DNA of 55,925 nucleotides from Candidatus Scatovivens sp. (lineage in GTDB: Bacteria > Bacillota > Clostridia > TANB77 > CAG-508), in contig JAZSBZ010000042.1 of the NCBI GenBank assembly GCA_045602645.1, positions 1-55,925 on the forward strand, written 5' to 3'. The stretch's first letter is position 1. Each line of letters begins with the position of its first letter. The notes under the pieces were generated by a model, which saw nothing but the letters and a program-made list of their open reading frames with translations, was not told the origin of the DNA and ran no database searches. Of the stretch, positions 46,244 through 54,694 are shown in pieces. The position numbers and the translations under genes were made by a program.

Positions 46244-46642
46244 ATGAAGAATAAATTTAAAATCTATGACAAAAAAAATAAAAAAATAATAAAATATAAT
46301 GATAAAACGTCTGTATTTGGATTTATAATATTTCTAATAGAGAATAAAGAAAATGAAAGATATGTTTTGCTGGAAGATACAGGAATATTTGATAAAACAA
46401 AAAAATCTGTTTTTAATGGAGACTATATTTTGTTTGATTCAGGAGTAGTAAGAAATTTTTTAAAAGTACAAAGGAAAAAAACAAATTTTTCATTTTACAA
46501 ATGGGATAAGGACAAAAAAAGATGGAAGAAATCAACTTGTCAAGGAATAGATACTTATGGAAAAGTTATTGGAAATATTTATGAAGGTATAAAGTTTAAA
46601 CGATTATATTATGAAATGTTAGAATTAGGAATAGATGTATAA
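46244..46642 (+). CDS. hypothetical protein
   Basis: 132 aa with SD ggaggt. Confidence 0.5.
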   Translation: MKNKFKIYDKKNKKIIKYNDKTSVFGFIIFLIENKENERYVLLEDTGIFDKTKKSVFNGDYILFDSGVVRNFLKVQRKKTNFSFYKWDKDKKRWKKSTCQGIDTYGKVIGNIYEGIKFKRLYYEMLELGIDV

Positions 46643-46654
46643 GGAGGTACAAAA

Positions 46655-46864
46655 ATGAATAAAATAAAAAATTTATTATATATTATAGGAGTAAATTGTT
46701 TAATGATTTTCTTTGCATTAACAATAGCTACAAACTTAATAGAGATGCTACACCCAATATATAAAGCTATTATTGATATGATTTTAGGAGTTATAACATA
46801 TTTTGCGTGTAAAGATATGACTAAAATTTTAATTAAGGAGGTTAAAGAATGTACTACAAAATAA
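46655..46864 (+). CDS. membrane protein
   Basis: 69 aa with two hydrophobic segments. SD aaggaggt. Confidence 0.5.
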   Translation: MNKIKNLLYIIGVNCLMIFFALTIATNLIEMLHPIYKAIIDMILGVITYFACKDMTKILIKEVKECTTK

Positions 46865-47100
46865 GACAAGAAAAATTAGAAGAACTTCGAGAAGGAAAAA
46901 CCAATTCTTATATTGCAAAAACAACAAATTATTCAAGACAATATATAACTTATATTTTTAGAGGGCAAATAAAAATAAGTCCTGGAACAGTAATTAATAT
47001 TATTAAACCTTTGGCTAATGAATCAATTAAATTAAATAGAATGTTAAAAGAAAAGGGATTAGATTATATGATAAATTATTTTTTTGAGGAGGAAAAATAA
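46849..47100 (+). CDS. HTH DNA-binding protein
   Basis: NSYIAKTTNYSRQYITYIFRGQ resembles an XRE-type helix-turn-helix. SD aaggagg. Confidence 0.45.
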   Translation: MYYKIRQEKLEELREGKTNSYIAKTTNYSRQYITYIFRGQIKISPGTVINIIKPLANESIKLNRMLKEKGLDYMINYFFEEEK

Positions 47101-47101
47101 A

Positions 47102-47567
47102 ATGAGAAAATTTGAATTTGTGAACAGAATAAAAAAACAATCTAAGCGTTGCAGATGTGCCTGATTTTAAATTACCTAAAAGGGCTACAACCCACAGTGC
47201 AGGATATGATTTTTACTCGCCAGAAGATGTTTTTATCCCTGGCAAAGGAATCGTAACTTATGTGAAAACAGGCGTTAAAGCTAAAATGCAAGAGGACGAA
47301 TTTTTAATGTTATGCAATAGAAGTTCTAACCCTAAAAAGAAAGAATTAGTTTTAATGAATGGAGTTGGGGTTGTAGATAGCGATTATTATTCTAATCCAG
47401 ATAATGATGGGGAGATATGTTTTGCAATGTCAAGTTTGAATGAAACAGGAAGTACAATAAAAAAAGGTGAAATAATAGGGCAAGGAATATTTCAAAAATA
47501 TTATACAACAGAAGATGACAATGCAGAGAGTCAAAGAGTTGGTGGTTTTGGAAGCACTACAAAATAA
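47102..47567 (+). CDS. dut: dUTPase (frame break near the 5' end)
   Basis: AGYDFYSP, GVGVVDSDY and RVGGFGSTTK motifs. ATG 47102 has a strong SD and a dUTPase-like MRKFEFV, but that frame stops at 47162. The body frame opens at 47133 and has only a GTG at 47157 without an SD. Confidence 0.75.
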
Positions 47568-47590
47568 TTTTAATTTTTTTTAAAATTTAC

Positions 47591-47619
47591 TTGACAAATA
47601 ATTAAATATATGGTAATAT
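47591..47619 (+). promoter_or_regulatory. sigma-70 promoter
   Basis: TTGACA, 17 nt, TAATAT preceded by TGG (extended -10). A/T-rich UP-like region. Confidence 0.6.
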
Positions 47620-47652
47620 ATATTTATCAAATAAAGAAAGGGAGATTTTATT

Positions 47653-48510
47653 ATGGAAGATGAAAGAATTTTAAAGCAAAAGTATAATGATTTATTAAAG
47701 TCTTATACTACTGGTGCTGAATATTTAACAAAGCATCCAGAGAAAAAAGAAGAGATTGAAAAAAGGCTTGATGAACTAAGCAAAGAAATATCAAATATCA
47801 TGAAGATGTTTCCAAATATGAGTGAAAAAGAAAAAAATGAAGGATTTGTTATTGATGAAGTTGAACTTATCCACTCTAATATAACCGAAGTGGTTGACAC
47901 GGTTGACACGGTTGACACAGTTGACACACCTAAACAAACAGAAACAAAACCAGTTGTATTTGAATCAAAGCAAACTGCATTGCAATCATTTTCAGATGAT
48001 TGGAAAATTGCTAATCAATTAGCAAAGTCAACTATAGTTCCAGAAAATTATAAAGGAAAACCAGAGAATGTTGTTATAGCTGTTGGATTAGCAAGGCAAA
48101 TGGATTTACCACCATTTACAGTAATGCAAAACTTAGCAATTATTCGTGGTAAAACATCTTGGAGCGGAAGTTTTTGTAAAACACTTATAGAAAGAACAGG
48201 AAAATTTAGAGACTTAGAATTGAATTATATAGGCGAAAAAGGGAAAGATACTTATGGTTGTTATTTAAGTGCGATAAGAGTTAGTGATGGAAAATTAATA
48301 AAAGGTCCAGAGGTTACAATGAAAATGGCAAAAGATGAAAAATGGACTACTAATAGTAAATGGCTTACTCTTACAGATTTAATGTTAGCTTATCGTTGTC
48401 AATCATTCTTTTGTAGATTATATTGCCCAGAGGCAATGAATGGAATTTATACTGACGATGAAGTTAGAGAAATAACTGTTGATAGAGAGCAACCACAGGA
48501 TATTTTATAA
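47653..48510 (+). CDS. recT: RecT-like single-strand annealing protein
   Basis: Core LAKSTIVPENYKGKPENVVIAVGLARQMDLPPFTVMQNLAIIRGK resembles RecT. It is paired with the exonuclease downstream. Confidence 0.6.
   Translation: MEDERILKQKYNDLLKSYTTGAEYLTKHPEKKEEIEKRLDELSKEISNIMKMFPNMSEKEKNEGFVIDEVELIHSNITEVVDTVDTVDTVDTPKQTETKPVVFESKQTALQSFSDDWKIANQLAKSTIVPENYKGKPENVVIAVGLARQMDLPPFTVMQNLAIIRGKTSWSGSFCKTLIERTGKFRDLELNYIGEKGKDTYGCYLSAIRVSDGKLIKGPEVTMKMAKDEKWTTNSKWLTLTDLMLAYRCQSFFCRLYCPEAMNGIYTDDEVREITVDREQPQDIL
47893..47928 (+). repeat. 4 x 9-bp tandem repeat GTTGACAC(G/A) inside the recT-like gene
   Basis: Read directly from the sequence. Encodes VDTVDTVDTVDT. Confidence 0.9.
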
Positions 48511-48524
48511 AAAAGGAGTTAAAA

Positions 48525-48671
48525 ATGTCAAACTTTATTAGAAAATTAAAAAGAAATAAGTTAAAACAACAATTAGGAACAAATAAAATTAAAGAATTTT
48601 GGCACACGCAAAATGACAGTATAGAAAAAAGATTGAAAAGAGGTATTGAAAATGCTAAAAAAAGAAGATAG
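48525..48671 (+). CDS. small basic protein
   Basis: 48-aa ORF below the cutoff, with SD aaggag. Confidence 0.4.
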   Translation: MSNFIRKLKRNKLKQQLGTNKIKEFWHTQNDSIEKRLKRGIENAKKRR

Positions 48672-48798
48672 AGATATGTTAGAAAGATGGGAAAATCAAT
48701 ATTTAGACCCAGATTTTGACACCGTAAGGGCTACTCATGAAGAATATGAAGTTTATTATGATAGATATGGCAAAAAGCATTATTATATAGAAGATTAA
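48652..48798 (+). CDS. small hypothetical protein
   Basis: 48-aa ORF below the cutoff, with SD aagagg. Confidence 0.35.
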   Translation: MLKKEDRDMLERWENQYLDPDFDTVRATHEEYEVYYDRYGKKHYYIED

Positions 48799-48817
48799 AA
48801 ATATGGAGTTAAAAAAA

Positions 48818-49490
48818 ATGAAAGAGTTATGTGATTTAACAGGACAAAAAATTGGAGCATTAAGTGTAATAAAAAAAGGTGCAACAAGCAAAAGTCGGAC
48901 ATTCAAAATGGATATGCAAATGCGAATGTGGAAAAGAAATTGAGGTATTTGGAACGAATTTAATAAGAAAACATACTATTAGTTGTGGGTGTATGAAAGG
49001 TTATTATATAAGTAAAGCAAAAATAAAACATGGCAAAACTCACACACGATTATATTCGATTTTCAATAAAATGAAAGATAGATGTTGCAATCAAAATAAT
49101 CCGGCTTATAAAAATTATGGCGCAAGAGGAATAAAAATTTGTAATGAATGGCTAGACAAAGAAAATGGATTTGTAAATTTTTATAATTGGGCAATAAATA
49201 ATGGCTATAAAGAAAATTTAACAATTGATAGAGTAGATAATAATGGTAACTATGAACCTAATAATTGCAGATGGGTTACTTACCAAAAGCAAAACAACAA
49301 TAAAAGAAACAATCATTTAATTACTTACAATAATATAACTCACAATTTAACAGAATGGTCAAAGATAATAGGAATAAATACTAGTACAATATATGGAAGA
49401 ATTAATCGAAATATTCCAAAAGAATACTGGTTATATAAAGGGAAGATTCCATATCAAATTGAGAAGGAGGCTAGAAATGTTAAACGATAA
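48818..49490 (+). CDS. HNH-like homing endonuclease, paralogue 1 (needs a +1 shift at CGG 48896)
   Basis: ATG 48818 with SD ggag gives MKELCDLTGQKIGALSVIKK.. The body (WICKCECG.., YKNYGARGIKICNEW, TIDRVDNNGNYEPNNCRW) is in the +1 frame. Confidence 0.6.
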
Positions 49491-50262
49491 AAATTATTTT
49501 AGCACTGAAAATAATTTTAAATATGTAGGGTCATCTCAAATAAAGTCATTTATTTCTTGCGAGAAAAAAGCTTTGTCTGAGTTAAAAGGCGATTGGATTC
49601 AAGAAAAAACAGATTCTTTATTAACATCTTCGTATTTAGACGAAAAAGTTAGTGGTACTTTAGATGATTTTATGCAAGATAATCCAGAATTATTTACTAA
49701 AAAGGGGGACTTAAAATCACAATATAAGCATATCGAAGATATTTATAATGAAATAAATAGTGAAAGAAATAGTATGTTTAAAAAATACTTATCTGGCAAA
49801 CCGCAAGTAATAATGACTGGGAAAATAAGTGGTGTTCCTGTTAAAATAAAAATTGACTCATTTCATCTTGATAAATGTATTGTCGATTTAAAATGTATAA
49901 AAGATTTTAAATTAATTTACAATGAAAAGACAAAAGTTAAGGAGAATTTTATAGACTATTATTCATATACAATTCAAGGTGCTTTATATCAAGAAATTGT
50001 AAAGCAAAATACAGGTAAACAATTGCCATTTATAATAGCGGCTTGTACTAAAGAAAAGTATCCTCAATTTGCTTTATTGCAAATTCCGCAAGAAAAGTTA
50101 GATTTAAAGTTACAATTTCTACAATCTTATTTACCTCATTTACAAGATTTAAAACAAGGTAAAATTGAACCAACTTCGTGTGGTTGTTGCAATTACTGCA
50201 TTAGTAAGCAGAAATGTACGCAAATTTATTATTATGACGACTATTTTAGAAAGGAGGAATAA
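49477..50262 (+). CDS. PD-(D/E)xK exonuclease with Cas4-type Fe-S cysteines
   Basis: IDSFHLD..VDLKCIKD (D..D/ExK), an N-terminal Cys, and a C-terminal CNYCISKQKC (Cx2Cx5C). ATG 49477 has SD aaggagg. Confidence 0.65.
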   Translation: MLNDKNYFSTENNFKYVGSSQIKSFISCEKKALSELKGDWIQEKTDSLLTSSYLDEKVSGTLDDFMQDNPELFTKKGDLKSQYKHIEDIYNEINSERNSMFKKYLSGKPQVIMTGKISGVPVKIKIDSFHLDKCIVDLKCIKDFKLIYNEKTKVKENFIDYYSYTIQGALYQEIVKQNTGKQLPFIIAACTKEKYPQFALLQIPQEKLDLKLQFLQSYLPHLQDLKQGKIEPTSCGCCNYCISKQKCTQIYYYDDYFRKEE

Positions 50263-50269
50263 TATATTT

Positions 50270-50407
50270 ATGAATATTTTTACATTGATTGCTATAATTA
50301 TGCCAATAATACTAATCCCTATACCAAACACAATGATAAAAGGCGTTTTGCTTGGAGTTCAAATAATTTGTATGATAATAGGATTATTTAAAATGTTTAA
50401 CGAATAA
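50270..50407 (+). CDS. small membrane protein
   Basis: 45 aa, hydrophobic. ATG 50270 has SD aaggagg. Confidence 0.45.
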   Translation: MNIFTLIAIIMPIILIPIPNTMIKGVLLGVQIICMIIGLFKMFNE

Positions 50408-50435
50408 ATTGAAAAACAAAAAGAAAGGAGGAATA

Positions 50436-50780
50436 ATGAGTAGAATAGATAAACATATTATAAATTATGAAAATCCTATAAACAGAACATTAGAAAGCTA
50501 TCCAACTAACAGAACTTTTACTTTTACAACAGCAAATAATTTTGATGAAGATACAATTAAACTTGACGAAACAATGATGAAAAGAATAGCAAAATATAAT
50601 AAAGAGAAAGAATTACAAAAAATTGAGCAACAAATTAAAGAAAAAGAAAAACAAATTAAAGAATTAGACGATAAATTACAAGACAAAGAAAAGAGATGGC
50701 AAAAGGTCAAAGAATATATTGCAAATATTTATGACTTAAATTTAGAAGATGACGAAGATGATGATTATTATTTTGATTAA
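50436..50780 (+). CDS. coiled-coil acidic protein
   Basis: ATG 50436 has SD aaggagg. Confidence 0.5.
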   Translation: MSRIDKHIINYENPINRTLESYPTNRTFTFTTANNFDEDTIKLDETMMKRIAKYNKEKELQKIEQQIKEKEKQIKELDDKLQDKEKRWQKVKEYIANIYDLNLEDDEDDDYYFD

Positions 50781-50798
50781 GAAAAGGAGAATAAAATT

Positions 50799-51071
50799 AT
50801 GAAATTTTTAGAAAATTTAAGGAAAAGAAAAGAAGAAAAGAAAGTTTTTGCAGATGCAAACAATATTATACAAGAAATGATATGTGATAAAGCATTAAAA
50901 GAAAATCAAGAAAAGCAATTAAAAATAGAAAAATTAGAAAGTCGTAATACAGATTTAGAAAATAATTTAGAAGTTTTAGCAACTAGCATTGAAGAAATTA
51001 GAAAAATATGCAATAATTCAAACGCAAAAGTAGTTAGTAAAGCAAAAATATTAAATATTATAGTAGGATAA
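50799..51071 (+). CDS. coiled-coil hypothetical protein
   Basis: 90 aa with SD aaggag. Confidence 0.5.
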   Translation: MKFLENLRKRKEEKKVFADANNIIQEMICDKALKENQEKQLKIEKLESRNTDLENNLEVLATSIEEIRKICNNSNAKVVSKAKILNIIVG

Positions 51072-51074
51072 AAA

Positions 51075-51251
51075 ATGTTAGAGTTTTTTATAGTGTTAAT
51101 AGTTATAGGAATTCAATTAATGGTAGGAATATTATTTGTAGCTTTAAATCCTTTAACTGATACAATTTTAATAATTATAATAATATATATTATTTTTTGT
51201 GCTAGCTTAGACATACCATTAATTGAGATTATACATGAAGGGAGATATTAA
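51075..51251 (+). CDS. possible small membrane protein
   Basis: 58-aa hydrophobic ORF below the cutoff. Weak SD. Confidence 0.35.
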   Translation: MLEFFIVLIVIGIQLMVGILFVALNPLTDTILIIIIIYIIFCASLDIPLIEIIHEGRY

Positions 51252-51253
51252 AG

Positions 51254-51664
51254 ATGAATAAATTTATAGGCAAAGGAAATATTACTCGAGATATAGAATT
51301 AAAAGATATAGGGAACGACAAGAAGGTTGCAAATTTTAGTGTTGCAATTCGTAGAGATTATAAAAATCAAAGTGGAGATTACGAAACAGATTTTTTTAAT
51401 TGTTCTGCTTTTGGGAACACAGCTTCATTTTTAAGTAAGTATTTTTCAAAGGGTTCGCAGATACTTTTAATTGGTCATCTACAAAACAACCAATGGGAAA
51501 CAGATAGTGGAGAAAAAAGAACTTCTACAAATGTTATAGTGGAATCAGTTGAATTTTGTGGAAGTAAACAACAAAATAACACCAATAACGATTTAAGTGA
51601 GTTTGCAGAGCATTCTGGAGTAAATGTGAATGTTATAGGTGATGATGAACCATTACCATTTTAG
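51254..51664 (+). CDS. ssb: single-stranded DNA-binding protein
   Basis: OB-fold pattern (GNITRDIELK..FFNCSAFGNTA..LIGHLQNNQWE) and an acidic tip DDEPLPF. Confidence 0.85.
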   Translation: MNKFIGKGNITRDIELKDIGNDKKVANFSVAIRRDYKNQSGDYETDFFNCSAFGNTASFLSKYFSKGSQILLIGHLQNNQWETDSGEKRTSTNVIVESVEFCGSKQQNNTNNDLSEFAEHSGVNVNVIGDDEPLPF

Positions 51665-51681
51665 CAAAACAATAGATTTTA

Positions 51682-51734
51682 AGGCGTTTTATGTTTAAGC
51701 AAACAAGTTATATATTTTACAACATAAAACGCCT
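51682..51734. other. long hairpin after ssb (14-bp stem)
   Basis: Stem aggcgttttatgtt / aacataaaacgcct with a 25-nt loop. It shares the 16-mer gattttaaggcgtttt with 29914-29929. Confidence 0.5.
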
Positions 51735-51758
51735 CAGAATCGAATTTAGGAGGCAAAG

Positions 51759-51974
51759 ATGAATATAGAAAATAGTATGTGTCATGATATTACAACAGAT
51801 GAATTTGATAGTGAATTTTTATGTTTTGAGCCTGAAAAATATAATTCAAAATTGATTTTAGGAAATTTAACTTTAAGAACAGATAAAAAAATAAATTTAT
51901 TTCACAGAATTATGTTTAGAATTTTGTTAGGAGTGAAAGTTGAAAGGATAAATAATGGGAAAAAAACAATATAA
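51759..51974 (+). CDS. hypothetical protein
   Basis: 71 aa with SD aggagg. Confidence 0.5.
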   Translation: MNIENSMCHDITTDEFDSEFLCFEPEKYNSKLILGNLTLRTDKKINLFHRIMFRILLGVKVERINNGKKTI

Positions 51975-52408
51975 ACTTGGAAAAGATTTTGAAGAACAAC
52001 TTTGTTGGTGGCTTGCAAATAATGACTATTATGTGATTTATAACGAAAAACGGAATATCTGGGAGCCAGCCGTGTGATGTTATTGCAATTAAAAATAATA
52101 TAGCAACCTTAATTGAATGCAAAAATTTAGAAAACAAAACAGGCATATTTAATTTTAATAGAATTGAAGCAAATCAATTTTTGGCTTATAAATCATTTAA
52201 AGGGAAAAATAATACTAATATGATTGTTGCAATAAAATGGAATAATAATATATACTTTATAAACTTTGATTTATTTCAATTTTTTAACAAAAGTATAGAT
52301 TTGAAGAAAATAAAACCTAACATTATAAATTTTTCTAAGGAGGTAGTAACATGTGGTTTAAGAGAAGTAAAGAAACTAGAGAGAGAAACAAAGAACAATC
52401 AGAAATGA
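51955..52408 (+). CDS. Hjc/RecU-like Holliday junction resolvase (needs a +1 shift at CGG 52051)
   Basis: Frame 0 reads MGKKQYKLGKDFEEQLCWWLANNDYYVIYNEK and stops at 52075. The +1 frame reads GISGSQPCDVIAIKNNIATLIECKN.. (D..ExK). Confidence 0.55.
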
Positions 52409-52641
52409 TTGATAGATTACATATGCAAATTATTGATTATTCTTATAAGTTAGAACAATTAGAAAAAGAAAATAAGAAGCTTATAGAATATTTTGTTAAA
52501 AATTATCATTATGTTTTAACAGTTGATAAAAATTTATATATACATTTATATCAAGATGGGCAAGAAATAAAACATATAAACAACATAGATTTTGAAGCAG
52601 CAATAGATTCAGTTCCAACTTTTAATATCGAGGTGCACTAA
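52351..52641 (+). CDS. hypothetical coiled-coil protein
   Basis: 96 aa with SD aaggagg. Confidence 0.5.
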   Translation: MWFKRSKETRERNKEQSEMIDRLHMQIIDYSYKLEQLEKENKKLIEYFVKNYHYVLTVDKNLYIHLYQDGQEIKHINNIDFEAAIDSVPTFNIEVH

Positions 52642-52652
52642 AAGGAGAAAAT

Positions 52653-53288
52653 ATGAGAAAGCAAAAAAATCAAAATAATAATAATTATAAACATGGAATG
52701 TGGGGGAAACCCATATACAATAGATGGAAACATATAAAGCAAAGGTGTTATAATCCTAAAGACGCTGCATACAAAAATTACGGAGGACGAGGAATAAAAG
52801 TTTGTGACGAATGGTTAGATAAAAAAAATGGATTTATTAATTTTTATAATTGGGCAATGAATAATGGATATAGAGACGATTTAACTATTGATAGAATAAA
52901 TAATGATGGAAATTATGAGCCAAATAATTGCAGATGGGTTACAATGAAAATTCAAGCTAACAATACAAGACATAATAAAATAATTACTTTTAAAAACGAA
53001 ACTCATACTTTAACAGAATGGAGCGAAATTTTAAACATAAATCTTCAAACATTATCTAATAGAATAAAACAAAAAAATAAAACTATTGAAGAATGTTTTA
53101 CAAAACCATCAACAACAAAGAAAAGAGTTAATCAATATGACTTGAATAATAATTTTATAAAACAATATGAAAGCATATCATCAGCCTTAGGTTCAAAAAA
53201 ATCTCCTAAAATAATAAATTGTTGTAAAGGTAGAAGTAAAACAGCTTATGGATTTATTTGGAGGTATGTAGATGAAGATAATTATTGA
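52653..53288 (+). CDS. HNH-like homing endonuclease, paralogue 2
   Basis: YKNYGGRGIKVCDEW, TIDRINNDGNYEPNNCRW and THTLTEWSEILNI are near-identical blocks to ORF 48879..49490. Confidence 0.6.
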   Translation: MRKQKNQNNNNYKHGMWGKPIYNRWKHIKQRCYNPKDAAYKNYGGRGIKVCDEWLDKKNGFINFYNWAMNNGYRDDLTIDRINNDGNYEPNNCRWVTMKIQANNTRHNKIITFKNETHTLTEWSEILNINLQTLSNRIKQKNKTIEECFTKPSTTKKRVNQYDLNNNFIKQYESISSALGSKKSPKIINCCKGRSKTAYGFIWRYVDEDNY

Positions 53289-53940
53289 TAATGTTTTAAG
53301 AATTACAGAACCATTAGAAGAAGTAATTAATTATTGTAAACAAGAACTTGAAATAAATAACCCTCAATTTGTACGAAATCAATATTTAGGATTTTCAACT
53401 TATAAAATACCTAGAAAATTATGTTGGTACGAAAAACGAGGAAAAGATATAATAATTCCTTTTGGATGTTTGAATAAAATATATTCCTTACATCCATATA
53501 AAGAAGATTATGAAATGTTAATTCCAAAAGCCAATAAAATACAATATAAAAGTAATATTAAATTGTATGATTATCAAGAAGAAGCAAAAAACAAAGCATT
53601 GAAGGCTAAAAATGGCGTTATAGTAATGGCAGCAGGAAGTGGTAAAACTCAAACAGCACTACAATTAATTGCCGAATTAGGAGCTAAAACATTATGGATA
53701 ACTCATACAATGGATTTACTTAATCAAAGTTATTTAAGAGCAAAAGACAATTTTGAAGACATAAAAATTAGTAAAATAGCAAATGGGAAAATAAACATTG
53801 CAGAAAATATAACTTTTGCAACAGTTCAAACATTATGTAAATTGGATTTATCACAATACAAAAATGAATTTGACTGTATTATAGTAGATGAGCGGACACA
53901 GAATTTCTGGAACGCCAGCACAATTAGGAATGTTTTATAA
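53272..53940 (+). CDS. SF2 (DExH) helicase, fragment 1 (to motif II)
   Basis: Walker A AAGSGKTQTA. IIVDE is followed by the CGG at 53893, after which the frame is lost. Confidence 0.7.
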   Translation: MKIIIDNVLRITEPLEEVINYCKQELEINNPQFVRNQYLGFSTYKIPRKLCWYEKRGKDIIIPFGCLNKIYSLHPYKEDYEMLIPKANKIQYKSNIKLYDYQEEAKNKALKAKNGVIVMAAGSGKTQTALQLIAELGAKTLWITHTMDLLNQSYLRAKDNFEDIKISKIANGKINIAENITFATVQTLCKLDLSQYKNEFDCIIVDERTQNFWNASTIRNVL

Positions 53941-54484
53941 AGTAATAAATGCTTTGTCTTGCAGATATAAATTTGCATTAACCGCAACGCCATATAGGAA
54001 TATTAAGGGTACAGAGAAAGCATTATTCTCTTTAATTGGAGATATAATTTGTGAAATAACTAATGAACAAATTGCTGACAAAATTATAAAAGCAGAAATT
54101 TATCCAATAAAAACTAATTTTTCTATTCCGAATAAAGCTTTAAAATATGATGGAACTATTAATTATTCTGTTTTAACAACAGTTCTTTGTGAAGACGAAG
54201 AAAGAAACCATCTAATACTAGATATATTAAAACGCAGCAGCAATAAATGTGTACTAATTTTAAGTGATAGATTGTCTCAATTAAAATATTTAAGAGATAG
54301 ATTAGGATATGGAGTAAAAATAGATGGAAGTATGACAAGTAAAAAGAAAAAAAAGTTAAGAGAACAATATATTCAAGATGTAAGAAATGGTAAAGAAAAT
54401 TTAATTATGGCTTCATTTCGGATTAGCAAAAGAAGGGCTAGATATACCTCGATTAGACACTTTGATTTTAGCGAGTCCTCATAA
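53888..54484 (+). CDS. SF2 helicase, fragment 2 (motif II His to motif V)
   Basis: GHRISG.., FALTATPYR (motif III), then ..NLIMASF is followed by the CGG at 54419. This frame is +1 relative to fragment 1. Confidence 0.7.
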   Translation: MSGHRISGTPAQLGMFYKVINALSCRYKFALTATPYRNIKGTEKALFSLIGDIICEITNEQIADKIIKAEIYPIKTNFSIPNKALKYDGTINYSVLTTVLCEDEERNHLILDILKRSSNKCVLILSDRLSQLKYLRDRLGYGVKIDGSMTSKKKKKLREQYIQDVRNGKENLIMASFRISKRRARYTSIRHFDFSESS

Positions 54485-54653
54485 AGACCGTGCGACAATC
54501 ATTCAATCGGTGGGTAGAATTGAGCGAAAATACGAAACAAAAACTAAGCCGATAGTTTATGATTTTGTAGATGATGATATTTATTTTATAAAAGCTTGGA
54601 AAATACGTAAAGGAATTTATAAAAAAAACGGAAACAAAATTATTGACAGTTAA
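54462..54653 (+). CDS. SF2 helicase, fragment 3 (motifs V-VI)
   Basis: The frame opens at 54405 and reads GLAKEGLDIPRLDTLILASP..QSVGRIER. It is +1 relative to fragment 2. Confidence 0.7.
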   Translation: MILASPHKDRATIIQSVGRIERKYETKTKPIVYDFVDDDIYFIKAWKIRKGIYKKNGNKIIDS

Positions 54654-54694
54654 ATAATTTTAATGATAAAATAAAAGAAAAAGGAATAAAAAAT

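Noticed and set aside
47157-47159. GTG 47157 as the genuine dUTPase start, which would remove the need for a frameshift
   Set aside because: There is no SD upstream. In contrast, ATG 47102 has a strong SD and encodes the expected first beta-strand (KFEFV). The GTG start is kept as an alternative in the finding, but is not preferred.
51955-51974. Apparent extra frame break in the A-run at the start of the resolvase gene
   Set aside because: On recounting, the run is A7 (51960-51966), and ATG GGA AAA AAA CAA TAT.. is in frame. Only the break at CGG 52051 remains.
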